A stretch of 64,000 nt of DNA from NCBI GenBank assembly GCA_963676565.1, contig OY781089.1, forward strand, positions 1,920,001 through 1,984,000, written 5' to 3'. The DNA comes from Halarcobacter sp. Its GTDB lineage: Bacteria > Campylobacterota > Campylobacteria > Campylobacterales > Arcobacteraceae. The translations under genes and the position numbers were made by a program. Positions 50,486-60,474 of the stretch are shown piece after piece (position 1 is the first letter of the stretch; each line of letters opens with the position of its first letter). The notes under the pieces were generated by a model. The model saw only the letters and a list, made by a program, of their open reading frames with translations. It was not told the origin of the DNA and did no database searches.

Positions 50486-51620
50486 TTATCTTTTTAAAAG
50501 TTGAATCTTCGTATTTAAATAAATAAACATTGTTTGATAGTTGATCTTTTTTATGGTCAAGTTTAATACCTCTTAACATCTCATTTGGAAGTTTATTCCA
50601 TTCTTTTAAGAAAGCACTTCTAGTTAATGTACCTTTTACATTTTTAATTGATTCAACAACACTTTTCGCAACAAGAAAGGCTTCCAGGGAGATAAAACCT
50701 AATGATTCTTTAGGATAATATCTTCTCATCATATATTTATACTCCCTAACAATTTCAATTTTAAAATTATCAAAACTTGGAACTACTTGAGAAAAAATTA
50801 CATTTTTTGTTTCATACTTTAGCTCTTTTACAATAGCACTTGCATCACCAAAGGAGATATTACAAAAAATTGAATTTTCTAATAAAGGGTCTAACTTGGC
50901 TTTTTTTATAAATAATGCATTTGCTTTATATGCACCCACCATAATAATAGCTTCAGGGTTTGAATCTCTAATTTCACTAAATGCATGCTTTATTGATAAG
51001 GTATTTCTTTTATACATACCCTCACCACTTAAAGTTAAACCTCTATTTCTAAGAGATTTTATAGTTGAAACAAAACCCTCTTCACCATAATCATCATTTT
51101 GATAAAAAACAGCAAATCTTTTTATATTTTTTTTAGTATTTAAATACTCAATTATTCTATCAATCTCTTCATAATAAGAAGCTCTAAAGTTTACAATGTT
51201 TTGTTTATTTTTATCCCTTAAAAAAGAAGCCCCAGTAAAAGGAGCTATAAATGGTATAGAGTTGTTTTCTATAATAGGTAATATTTTTTTTACTGTAGGG
51301 GTACCAACATAACCATAAAATGCAAATAAATCTTTTCTCTTTAATAGTTTATTTGTATTTTCAATTGTTAGATTTGGCTCATATTTGTCATCTAGTGAAA
51401 CTAAAGATATTTTTTTCTTATTTGGTAAAATACTTTTTTCATTAACATATTTAAAGTAGGCATTTGTACCAATCTCTACATTATGTCCCCAGTCTTTCAT
51501 AATACCAGTTTTAGGTAATGAAGCCCCAAGTATTATATTGTTGCTATAATATTTTTGATCATTGAAAAAATAAACAAGAGAGGTAAAAATAATAAAAAAT
51601 GCAATTAAAATTTTTTTCAA
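50472..51620 (-). CDS. Periplasmic LivJ/K-like solute-binding protein, probable kinase accessory sensor
   Basis: LDDKYEP, GYVGTPT, NFRASY and YQNDDYG motifs. Overlaps the kinase, with no permease genes nearby. Confidence 0.85.
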   Translation of the reverse strand: MKKILIAFFIIFTSLVYFFNDQKYYSNNIILGASLPKTGIMKDWGHNVEIGTNAYFKYVNEKSILPNKKKISLVSLDDKYEPNLTIENTNKLLKRKDLFAFYGYVGTPTVKKILPIIENNSIPFIAPFTGASFLRDKNKQNIVNFRASYYEEIDRIIEYLNTKKNIKRFAVFYQNDDYGEEGFVSTIKSLRNRGLTLSGEGMYKRNTLSIKHAFSEIRDSNPEAIIMVGAYKANALFIKKAKLDPLLENSIFCNISFGDASAIVKELKYETKNVIFSQVVPSFDNFKIEIVREYKYMMRRYYPKESLGFISLEAFLVAKSVVESIKNVKGTLTRSAFLKEWNKLPNEMLRGIKLDHKKDQLSNNVYLFKYEDSTFKKINEDD

Positions 51621-51749
51621 TAATTCTCCTTAAATAAATAATTATACCATAATAGTAAACTTAAATTTAACAAAAATTAAAAAGTTATATAAATTTAGTA
51701 AAAAAAACTTAACTAATTAAGCTTTGATAAAGTTTAAACATTTTAAAAT

Positions 51750-51767
51750 GGTAAAATATTTTTTACC
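51750..51767. promoter_or_regulatory. Palindromic operator candidate GGTAAA-N6-TTTACC
   Basis: GGTAAAatatttTTTACC, 15 bp upstream of the polyferredoxin start. Confidence 0.55.
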
Positions 51768-51782
51768 AATAAGGCATAGGTT

Positions 51783-53486
51783 ATGCAAGAGTATATTTAC
51801 TACAACAAACAAAACTTAGATTTTCCATTATCTGAAAAGATTTTAGTGACTAACAATATGATTGAATATAAAGATTCAGATTTTATTGTTTCAAATACAA
51901 ATCTTTTTAATGCAGAACTAGTTGCTGATGAAATCGACTTTTATATTAGAAACTCACAAGATACAATAGCTAATAAAATTAAAAATGTTGAAAAACTTTA
52001 TGACTTAAATGAAGTAAGGTTTGACAATGCACAAGATATGACATTTAGTCAAGATGTACAGAAAAAAGTTTTATTAATTTGTGATGAGTCATGGAAAAAA
52101 GAGTTTATTAAAAAAATAGTCTCAAATGAATTCGATCTTTTTCATATAAATGAAAATATTTTAAAATCAATTGATGGTTCAATTGGAAATTTAAATGTAA
52201 TAGTAGATGATGAGAATAAAGATGTAACTTTAAATGTAGACCAAATTATATGGTTTGACATGAAAGATGAAGGTAAAAAACAAAGTGGTTGTTTTGATCC
52301 TCTTGAAACTTCTATTGATGATGTTTTAGCTCAAGTAAGAGCGAATATTTCAAATTATGAATATAGAAAATTTTTAACTTATGATAAAACTATCTGTCAA
52401 TATCACGAAAGAAGAGAAGAAACTTGCGCTAAGTGTGTAGACGTTTGCCCAACAACTACAATTATTAAAGATGATAAAAATAAACATTTACACTTTTCTC
52501 AAATTGATTGTCATGGATGTGGCGGTTGTATCTCAGTATGTCCAAGTGGTGCTTTAGATTATACACCATCAAATAGAGAGTCTATTTATTCAATGAGTAA
52601 ATTTTTCGATGGACATATCCCTTTGATTGTTCCACATAAAATGAATATCTCATCTTTAGAAGTATCCTTAAAAGAGAATGTTTTACCATTTAAAATAGAA
52701 GGTGAGAAATTTTTACATGAATCAACTTTATTAACATTATTGCAAGAATCAGGTTCACAAGTAGTTTTTTATACTGACTTTTTATCTAAAGGAACAATTG
52801 ATTCTATTTCTATATTAAATCAAATTTATCAAGCAAAATATCAAAAAGATGCAATTATCGTTGTAATGAATAAAGAAGAGTTGATTGATGCTTTAGAAAA
52901 AGCAGATTTTATTGATGGGTCTAAATATAAATTAAATGATATGAGTTTAAGAAAAAGAGAAAATTTTGCAATAAGACTTTCAAAAATTGTTGGTGAATAT
53001 GATTATGGTGAAGTACAAACAGGACCAAATGTTCATTATGCAAAGGTTGAAGTAAATGAAGCAAATTGTACTTTATGTTTATCATGTGTTGGTGCATGTA
53101 ATGTAAATGCAATCTTTGCAGATGCTAAAGACAATACTTTAAGATTAAATCCTTCTTTATGTACATCATGTGGATATTGTGAAGCATCTTGCCCTGAAGC
53201 AGACTGTTTAACAATAAAAAGAGACGTAATTGAATTACAACCTATGTGGTTTAAAGAAAATATTTTAGCAAAAGATTCACTTTTTGCCTGTGTTGAGTGT
53301 GGTAAAGAGTTTGCTACAACAAAATCAGTTGAAAAGATTGCAAAAATCATGTCTCCTATCTTTGCTAAAGATCCAATCAAAGAAAGAACACTTTATTGTT
53401 GTGAAACATGTAAACCAAAAATTATGATGAAAAGTTATATGGAAAATAAAGATGCATATAATAATCCACAAGGTGTAAGTTTATGA
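51783..53486 (+). CDS. Multi-[4Fe-4S] ferredoxin-domain protein associated with fdh clusters
   Basis: CAKCVDVCP, CHGCGGCISVCP, CTLCLSCVGAC, CTSCGYCEASCP and CVEC...CETC. Confidence 0.88.
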   Translation: MQEYIYYNKQNLDFPLSEKILVTNNMIEYKDSDFIVSNTNLFNAELVADEIDFYIRNSQDTIANKIKNVEKLYDLNEVRFDNAQDMTFSQDVQKKVLLICDESWKKEFIKKIVSNEFDLFHINENILKSIDGSIGNLNVIVDDENKDVTLNVDQIIWFDMKDEGKKQSGCFDPLETSIDDVLAQVRANISNYEYRKFLTYDKTICQYHERREETCAKCVDVCPTTTIIKDDKNKHLHFSQIDCHGCGGCISVCPSGALDYTPSNRESIYSMSKFFDGHIPLIVPHKMNISSLEVSLKENVLPFKIEGEKFLHESTLLTLLQESGSQVVFYTDFLSKGTIDSISILNQIYQAKYQKDAIIVVMNKEELIDALEKADFIDGSKYKLNDMSLRKRENFAIRLSKIVGEYDYGEVQTGPNVHYAKVEVNEANCTLCLSCVGACNVNAIFADAKDNTLRLNPSLCTSCGYCEASCPEADCLTIKRDVIELQPMWFKENILAKDSLFACVECGKEFATTKSVEKIAKIMSPIFAKDPIKERTLYCCETCKPKIMMKSYMENKDAYNNPQGVSL

Positions 53487-54190
53487 TAGATAATCAGAAG
53501 TTAAACAAAGCAAGAGTTCTTTATTATGGACTCTTCTCTTCTGTATTCTCTTTTATTAATAGTAAAAGTGATTATGAGAAGGTTATACATACTATTGAAT
53601 TTTTAAGTCAAAATCCAATTGATGAAAATAGTAAAGTTGCTTTCGCAAGTATTAAAGACTTTTTCGAAAAAAAGGGTTTTGAAGGTTTAAAAGAAGAAAA
53701 CAATAATCTTTTTTTTAGTCCAAGTACTTCATTTATTCCAGTTACAGCTTCTTTTTATGAAGAGGATAGGGATGATGGACAAAAAAGAGTTGAAATGTCA
53801 GGATATGTTTTAAAATCTAATTTTAGAAAAAATAATGAAAGTTTTAAAGAATCAGAAGATCATATATCTTTTATTTTTGCATTTTTACAAAAAGTTATAG
53901 AACAAGATATAAAAAATGATAAAAACCAATTAGTACTGGATGTTTTTTCTAACATTCTAAATACTATAGTTGATAGATTTATTGAAAATGTTTATTTCCA
54001 TGAAAGTAGTGTTTTTTATAAAAATATTGCAGTTATATTAAAAGTTTTTATTGAGTTAGAAAGAGTTTATTTAGATGTTAAAAAAGTTGAAACTACAAAT
54101 ATTAGAGTTCAACAGGAATTATTTCATCAAAAGAAAAAAGGTTTTACAAAAAGAGCAAAAAGAAACTTTGACGAAGTTACAAGTTTATAG
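53483..54190 (+). CDS. TorD/DmsD-family chaperone (copy 1)
   Basis: P.TASFY and ESEDHI motifs. Lies upstream of fdhA. Confidence 0.85.
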   Translation: MIDNQKLNKARVLYYGLFSSVFSFINSKSDYEKVIHTIEFLSQNPIDENSKVAFASIKDFFEKKGFEGLKEENNNLFFSPSTSFIPVTASFYEEDRDDGQKRVEMSGYVLKSNFRKNNESFKESEDHISFIFAFLQKVIEQDIKNDKNQLVLDVFSNILNTIVDRFIENVYFHESSVFYKNIAVILKVFIELERVYLDVKKVETTNIRVQQELFHQKKKGFTKRAKRNFDEVTSL

Positions 54191-54204
54191 TTCATTTTTT
54201 TTAA

Positions 54205-54306
54205 TTTTAAATATGCATTTATTGCATATTTAAAAAATGTTTCAAAATAATATCACATTATTCGCTCTTTTTTATAATATGCAAAATTTGCATATTATAA
54301 AAAAGA
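54205..54306. promoter_or_regulatory. Two palindromes with core AATATGCA-N5-TGCATATT upstream of fdh cluster 1
   Basis: 13-bp arms at 54205-54235 and 20-bp perfect arms at 54266-54306. Related site at 59081-59101. Confidence 0.6.
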
Positions 54307-54377
54307 TACCAGAGAAAAACTATTTTTTTGTGGTATCTCTTTTAAATGAAGGAGAAATTTTAGCTTGGAGGAGAGCA

Positions 54378-54584
54378 ATGAAAGAACAAAGAAGAAGTTT
54401 TATCAAAAAAACTCTTGGTGCAAGTGCTTTGGTAGCAGCAGGTGCTGCAACAACGGCAATTGCTAATAGTGATAGTAAAAATTTCACTAGTTCAAATGGT
54501 GTAGTAGTTGGAAAATCTAATAAAAAAGAGATTTTATATAAAGAAACTGCAGAATGGGAAGCTTTTTACAAAGCTAGTTATTAA
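54378..54584 (+). CDS. Small Tat-signal protein of fdh region (copy 1)
   Basis: True start after GGAGGAG. MKEQRRSFIKK Tat motif, GVVVGKS.KKEILY...W..FY. Confidence 0.85.
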   Translation: MKEQRRSFIKKTLGASALVAAGAATTAIANSDSKNFTSSNGVVVGKSNKKEILYKETAEWEAFYKASY

Positions 54585-54607
54585 TTGTATTATTAAGGAG
54601 AAGATAA

Positions 54608-57448
54608 ATGGGTAGTAATTTACTCAATGATTTATCTTTGAAAATGGGAAGAAGAAACTTTCTTAAACTTGCTTCTATTGGAGCAGGGGTTGGTGCTACA
54701 TCTATGTTTGCATCAAGTAATAGTGTAAGAGAAGCAACACAAGAGGAAGTTAAAAATCCATTTCCTGGATCAAAGAGAGTCAAAACAATATGTAGTATAT
54801 GTTCTGCTGGCTGTGGAATTATTGCAGAAGTACAAAATGGTGTTTGGGTAAGACAAGATGTTGCACAAGACCATCCTATTAGTGAGGGTAGTCATTGTTG
54901 TAAAGGGATTGACCAAATAGATTTGGTTAAAAGTAAACAAAGGGTTAAATATCCTTTAAAAAAAGTAAATGGAAAATGGGAAAGACTTTCTTGGGAAACA
55001 GCCATTAAAGAGATTTCAGAAAAGATGCTTAAGTTAAGAGCAGAAAATGGTCCGGATGTGGCTATGTTCTTAGGTTCTGCAAAATTTAATTTACAACAAG
55101 CTTTTTATTTTAGAAAATTTGCTGCTTTATGGGGTACGAATAACATAGATCACGTAGCAAGAATTTGACATAGTGCAACAGTCGCTGGTGTGGCGAATAC
55201 ATGGGGTTATGGTGCTATGACAAATCATTTTGGTGATGTTGTTGGAAACTCAAAAGCAATTTTTATGATTGGTGCAAACTCAGCAGTTGCAAATCCTATT
55301 GGATTTAAACATATGCTGCAAGCAAAAGATAGAAATAATGCAAAACTTATTGTCGTGGATCCTGTATTCACAAAATCTGCTGCAAAAGCGGATCATTATT
55401 TAAGAATTAGAACCGGTACAGATGTAGCTTTTATCTATGGATTATTGCATGTTATTTTCAAAAATGGCTGGGAAGATAAAAACTTTATTGAAAGTCGTGT
55501 ATATGGAATGGATGAAGTTAGAGAAGAAGCAAAAAAATGGACACCGGAAGAGACTTCCGATGTAACTGGTATTCCTGCATCTCAAATTGTTCAAATTGCT
55601 ACTTTATTAGCAAAAACTAAACCTGCTACCGTTGTATGGGCACTGGGAATTACTCAACACAGTACAGGTACATCAAATACAAGAATACTTCCTATTTTAC
55701 AATTAGTTCTTGGAAATATGGGTAAAAAAGGTGGAGGATGTAATATTATTAGAGGACATGATAATGTTCAAGGTTCTACTGATATGTGTTGTCTTGCTGA
55801 TAGTTTACCTGGATATTATGGTTTAGGTGAAGCTTCTTGGAAATATTATGCAAAAGCTTGGGGCTTAGATTATAACTGGCTTCAAAACAGATTTGCAGCT
55901 CCTAAATGGATGAATGAAAAAGGTTTCTCTCTTGCTAAATGGTGGCAAGGTGTACTTCAAGAAGAAAAAACTTACTCTTCAAGTCCAATTAGAGCTTTAT
56001 GGGTTCAAGGTACTGGTATTACATCTATGGCTCAAACTGCAAAAGTGCAAGAGGCGTTAGATAAATTAGATTTATTAGTTGTTGCAGAACCATTTGTAAA
56101 TGAAGCTGCTGTTATTACAAGTAAAAAGGATAATATCTATATTTTACCTGTTGCTACACAGTTTGAAAACGAAGGAAGTGTAACAGCTACAAACAGATCT
56201 TCTCAATGGAGAAGTAAAGTTGTTGACCCATTATATGAATCAAAAACTGACCACGAAGTGATGTTTGAATTTGCAAAACAGTTTGGTTTTTATGATGAAT
56301 ATACTAAAGCCATGAAAATGGATGTTGTTGATGGTGAATATAAACAAGTTAAAAATGAGTTTAATTGGCCAGATGATGCATCAAATGAACTTGCAAGAAC
56401 AGTTAAAACTATTGGTCTTGGTGGTTGGACTGCAAAAAGACTTAGAGAACATCAAGAAAATTGGCATCTGTTTGATCCTATTACTTTAGAAGGACGTGGA
56501 AAATACAAAGGTGAATATTATGGTTTACCTTGGCCTAGTTGGGATACTAAACATCCTGGAAGTCCTATTTTATATGATGTTGATACTCCTGTTAGCCAAG
56601 GTGGTATGGGATTCAGAAATAGATTTGGTTTAGAACATGATGGGGTTTCACAATTACCAGATGAAGGTCTAAGTGTAAAAGGCTCAGATATTAAAGGTGG
56701 ATACCCAGAAATTACAAAAGCAAATATCGAAGAGGTTTTAGGAATAAAACTTACAGATGAAGAAAAAAGAAAAATGGGTGCAAACTGGAAAGTTGATTTA
56801 AGTGGAATTATTCAAGAAAAATGTAATGAAAAAGGTGTTTGTGTTTATGGAAATGCAAAAGCAAGAGCTAAAGTATGGACATTCCCTGACCCTGTTCCAA
56901 AACATAGAGAACCAATCCACTCTCCAAGAATGGATTTAGTAAGAAAATATCCAACTTATGAGGATCAAACAAATAACTTTAGAGTTGATGTTAGATTTAA
57001 ATCTGAGCAAACTGCCCAAGATTGGTCAAAAGAGTTCCCAACTATGCTTGTTACAATGAGAGTTGTAAATTTAAGTGGGGCTGGTATGCTTGAGCGAACA
57101 AGTAAATATCTTTCTCATATTACTCCTGAAATGTTTGCTCATATTAATCCAGAATTAGCAGCTGAACATGGACTAAGAGATGGTGATATGATGTGGTTAC
57201 ATTCTCCACAAGGAACAAAGATTAAGGTTCAAGCACAATACAGTGATAGAGTTACTCCTGATAGAATCTCTTTACCATACAACTTTGCTGGTGTTATGCA
57301 AGGTGTAGATATGAGTGCAAACTATCCAGAGGGAACAAAACCTTATGCAATAGGGGAAAGTTCAAATACTATTACAAACTACGGGTTTGATATTATCACT
57401 CAGATACCAGAGTTCAACGCTGGTTTATGTAGAATAGAAAAAGCATAG
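54608..57448 (+). CDS. fdhA: Formate dehydrogenase alpha subunit 1, selenoprotein (UGA-Sec at 55166-55168)
   Basis: Two in-frame ORFs joined by one TGA in DHVARI-U-HSATVAG. Tat motif RRNFLK, CSICSAGC [4Fe-4S], RGHDNVQG. Confidence 0.95.
55182..55196 (+). promoter_or_regulatory. SECIS of fdhA1
   Basis: TCGCT-GGTGT-GGCGA hairpin 13 nt after the UGA. Conserved in the paralog with a U-G to C-G change. Confidence 0.75.
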
Positions 57449-57457
57449 GAGAAGAAG

Positions 57458-58039
57458 ATGAGTGAAATGTCAAGAATGAAGTTTTTTTGTGATGAAGATA
57501 GATGTATAGAGTGTTTTGCTTGTGAAGTTGCTTGTGCTGAAGCACATGAGTTACCAGCAGGTATCAATAGAAGAAAAGTAATTACAATGAATGAAGGTAT
57601 TGAAAACCTTGAGTATTCATTATCAATTGCTTGTATGCATTGTACAGATGCACCTTGTGAACAAGTATGTCCAGTAGATTGTTTCTACATTAGAGAAGAT
57701 GGGATTGTTTTACACGATAAAGAAAAATGTATAGGTTGTGGTTATTGTTTATACGCTTGTCCTTTCGGCGCTCCTCAATTTCCACAAGATGGTGCATTTG
57801 GTACTAAAGGTGCTATGGATAAATGTACAATGTGTGCTGGTGGTCCGCTTGAAACAAATAGTGAACATGAAAGAGAACTTTATGGGCAAAATAGAATTGC
57901 GGAAGGTAAAGTTCCTATGTGTGCTGCTGTTTGTGCAACAAATGCTTTACTTGTAGGGGATTCTCAAAAAGTGTCTGAAATATATAGACAAAGAGTGTTA
58001 TCTAGAGGGCATAATCATACAAAACCTCAGACAATGTAA
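57458..58039 (+). CDS. fdhB: Formate dehydrogenase iron-sulfur subunit 1
   Basis: Four Cys clusters: CIECFAC...C, CMHC...PC..VCP, CIGCGYC..ACP and KCTMC...C..VC. Confidence 0.93.
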   Translation: MSEMSRMKFFCDEDRCIECFACEVACAEAHELPAGINRRKVITMNEGIENLEYSLSIACMHCTDAPCEQVCPVDCFYIREDGIVLHDKEKCIGCGYCLYACPFGAPQFPQDGAFGTKGAMDKCTMCAGGPLETNSEHERELYGQNRIAEGKVPMCAAVCATNALLVGDSQKVSEIYRQRVLSRGHNHTKPQTM

Positions 58040-58049
58040 AAGAGTTAAA

Positions 58050-58949
58050 ATGAAAACGAAATATATAGTTTTAACTCTATTGACACTATCAGCATTAGCC
58101 TTTGGAGCTAATGCAGATAGCGCAATATGGGGGAAAGACTTAGTACCCAACATTTTAGGTTATGATAAAGAGGGTTCATTGCATCTTGGACCTTTATTTA
58201 CACTTTTACAAGGTAAATATTTTTCAATTGCATTTTTAGCGATTTTGTTTGGTGTACCTGCAGTTTTCGCTATACACTATTTTATTATTGGACCTAAAAT
58301 ATTTTCTCATGATAGAAAAAAGATTAAAGTATTCAATATGTTTCATAGATTGATTCACTGGATTGCTGGATTTTCATTTTTAGTACTTATCCCAACAGGA
58401 TTTGTAATGATATTTGGTTCAGTATTTGAAGGTGGAACTTTTGTTAGAATCTGTAAAGAGTTACATGCAATTTCAACAGTGTTCTTTGCTATTTCTGTTA
58501 TTCCAATGACAATCATGTGGATAAGAGAGATGTTACCAACAATGGACGATGTAAAATGGATGATGATTCTAGGTGGATACTTAAGTAAAGTAAAAAGACC
58601 AATTCCTGCAGGTAAATTTAATGCAGGTCAAAAAATGTGGTTTTGGGTTTGTACATTTGGTGGGATTTTAATGATTCTAACTGGTGCAGCAATGTATTTT
58701 CAGGACTTCACTCTTCCTGTGCTTGCTACATATGGTATAACACAAATCGATTTTTTAAGAGCATGCGCAATTATTCATAATGTAATGGGAATGGCTGTAG
58801 CAGCATTATTTTTTACTCACGTATATATGTCAATGTTTGCAATTAAAGGTGCAATTCATTCGATGATTAGTGGGTATAAAGAGGAAGAAGAGATAGAAAT
58901 TCTTCACAGCTCTTATTACAAAAAGTTAAAAAAACAGAAAAAACTTTAA
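58050..58949 (+). CDS. fdhC: Formate dehydrogenase cytochrome b (gamma) subunit 1
   Basis: R..HW, GKFNAGQK.WFW, conserved His residues, multi-pass membrane protein. Confidence 0.92.
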   Translation: MKTKYIVLTLLTLSALAFGANADSAIWGKDLVPNILGYDKEGSLHLGPLFTLLQGKYFSIAFLAILFGVPAVFAIHYFIIGPKIFSHDRKKIKVFNMFHRLIHWIAGFSFLVLIPTGFVMIFGSVFEGGTFVRICKELHAISTVFFAISVIPMTIMWIREMLPTMDDVKWMMILGGYLSKVKRPIPAGKFNAGQKMWFWVCTFGGILMILTGAAMYFQDFTLPVLATYGITQIDFLRACAIIHNVMGMAVAALFFTHVYMSMFAIKGAIHSMISGYKEEEEIEILHSSYYKKLKKQKKL

Positions 58950-58976
58950 AAAATCCTCTCGAAAAGAGAGGATTTT
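58950..58976 (+). terminator. Rho-independent terminator
   Basis: AAAATCCTCTC-gaaaa-GAGAGGATTTT followed by T-rich sequence. Confidence 0.8.
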
Positions 58977-59080
58977 ATTATATTAATAAAAAAAATTAAA
59001 AAAAATTAGAAAGTTTTTTTTAATTTTAAATCTATCATTTATAACAATAAAAAAATATTTTTATTTAAAAAAAAATTTTT

Positions 59081-59309
59081 AATATGCGAAAAATGCATAT
59101 TTTTAAAACAATGAATTTTAGGGTAAAGTAAAATTTAGTTTTTCATTGTTAATAACTTTTATTACCTTTAGGTAAATAAAAATTTACATATTTTAGTTAT
59201 TTATTTTCATTTAAAAATTTTCTAATGCTCGTAAATATGGATGTTTTTCAGAAATGATTAATCTATATTTAAAGTTATATGTTTAAAATTAGGTAAATAA
59301 AAATTTACC
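59081..59309. promoter_or_regulatory. Regulatory region of fdh cluster 2 with two classes of palindromic site
   Basis: AATATGCG-aaaaa-TGCATATT (59081-59101), GGTAAAtaaaaaTTTACA (59171-59188), GGTAAAtaaaaaTTTACC (59292-59309), weaker copy at 59122-59139. Confidence 0.6.
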
Positions 59310-59386
59310 ATAATTATTTCATAGCATACTCTATGAAATAGAATTGAAGTAAATTATTACTTACTTTTAAAAGGAAAGAGGAAGTT

Positions 59387-60160
59387 ATGAAATATCAGGA
59401 GATTAATAAAGCAAGAGCTTTATATTATGCAATGTTTTCTAGATTTTTTGTTTTTACAACAGATAACAATAGATATCTAGAATTAATTACATTAATTGAC
59501 TCTTTAAAACAAAATCCTTTAGATGAATCTACAAAAGAGGCATTTGAAAATATTAGAGCTGTTTTAAAATCTGATTCAAATATTGCATTTATGAATGAAT
59601 TTGATGAGATTTTTCACTCACCACGTACAAAAACAGTTAGAACAACTGCATCATATTTTGATGAGAATATTGAAAGTGGTAAAAAAAGAGTTGAGATGCA
59701 AAACTTCTTAGGAAAAACAAAAATAAGAAGAGATGAATCTAAATACACTGATTATGAAGATCATATAGGTTTTATATTTACAGTTATGGCTGAATTATGT
59801 GAACTTCAAGCAGAAGGTCACGATGAGTATTCAAATACTATTCACTGTATCTTCGCACAAATTTTAAATGAATTTGTAGATGAATTTTCACAAGAATTAT
59901 ATGAGCATGAAAGTGCAGATATTTTTAAAAATGTAATTGTTTTATTAAAAGCATTTGTTGAGTTTGAAAGAATCTATTTAGAAGTTTCAAAACCAAACAT
60001 TGTTTCAAAACCTTCAAAAACAAAAGTTTCTGAAGAGATTTCAGATGAAGAAAAAGCTAGACGTGCAAGAAATAAAGCGATGAAAGCAAATGGACCTAAG
60101 AAAAAAGATGATGAATCTTGCCCTGTATTCGTAACTTACGATGTGGAAGATGGAATCTAA
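59387..60160 (+). CDS. TorD/DmsD-family chaperone (copy 2)
   Basis: TTASYF and YEDHIG motifs. Paralog of 53483-54190. Confidence 0.85.
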   Translation: MKYQEINKARALYYAMFSRFFVFTTDNNRYLELITLIDSLKQNPLDESTKEAFENIRAVLKSDSNIAFMNEFDEIFHSPRTKTVRTTASYFDENIESGKKRVEMQNFLGKTKIRRDESKYTDYEDHIGFIFTVMAELCELQAEGHDEYSNTIHCIFAQILNEFVDEFSQELYEHESADIFKNVIVLLKAFVEFERIYLEVSKPNIVSKPSKTKVSEEISDEEKARRARNKAMKANGPKKKDDESCPVFVTYDVEDGI

Positions 60161-60252
60161 ATAAAATCACCCCTTATGTGGCTTAAGTAAAGAAATGTCT
60201 TTTCTTTATTTAAGTCTCATTTTTGGGGCTAATCACAAAAAAAGGAGCAACT

Positions 60253-60459
60253 ATGCAAGAAAGTAGAAGAAATTTTGCTAAAAAAACTGCAATAGTTGTT
60301 GGTGCTACTGCTGTTGGTACCACGGTGTTAGCATCAGCTAACAATTCTACAAAGGCTGACGTAGAATCAAATGGTGTTGTTGTAGGGAAATCTCCTAAAA
60401 AAGAGATTCTTTACAAAAAATCAAAAGCTTGGGAAGATTTTTACAAACAAGCTTTATAA
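60253..60459 (+). CDS. Small Tat-signal protein of fdh region (copy 2)
   Basis: Start after AAAGGAG. MQESRRNFAKK, GVVVGKSPKKEILY...W..FY. Confidence 0.85.
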   Translation: MQESRRNFAKKTAIVVGATAVGTTVLASANNSTKADVESNGVVVGKSPKKEILYKKSKAWEDFYKQAL

Positions 60460-60474
60460 GAAGGAGAAGTAAGT

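Noticed and set aside
54237..54377. N-terminal extension of the small Tat protein (also 60223-60252, 39975-40007, 25804-25833)
   Set aside because: Better RBS-associated starts lie downstream, and the extensions overlap regulatory sequence or the upstream gene.
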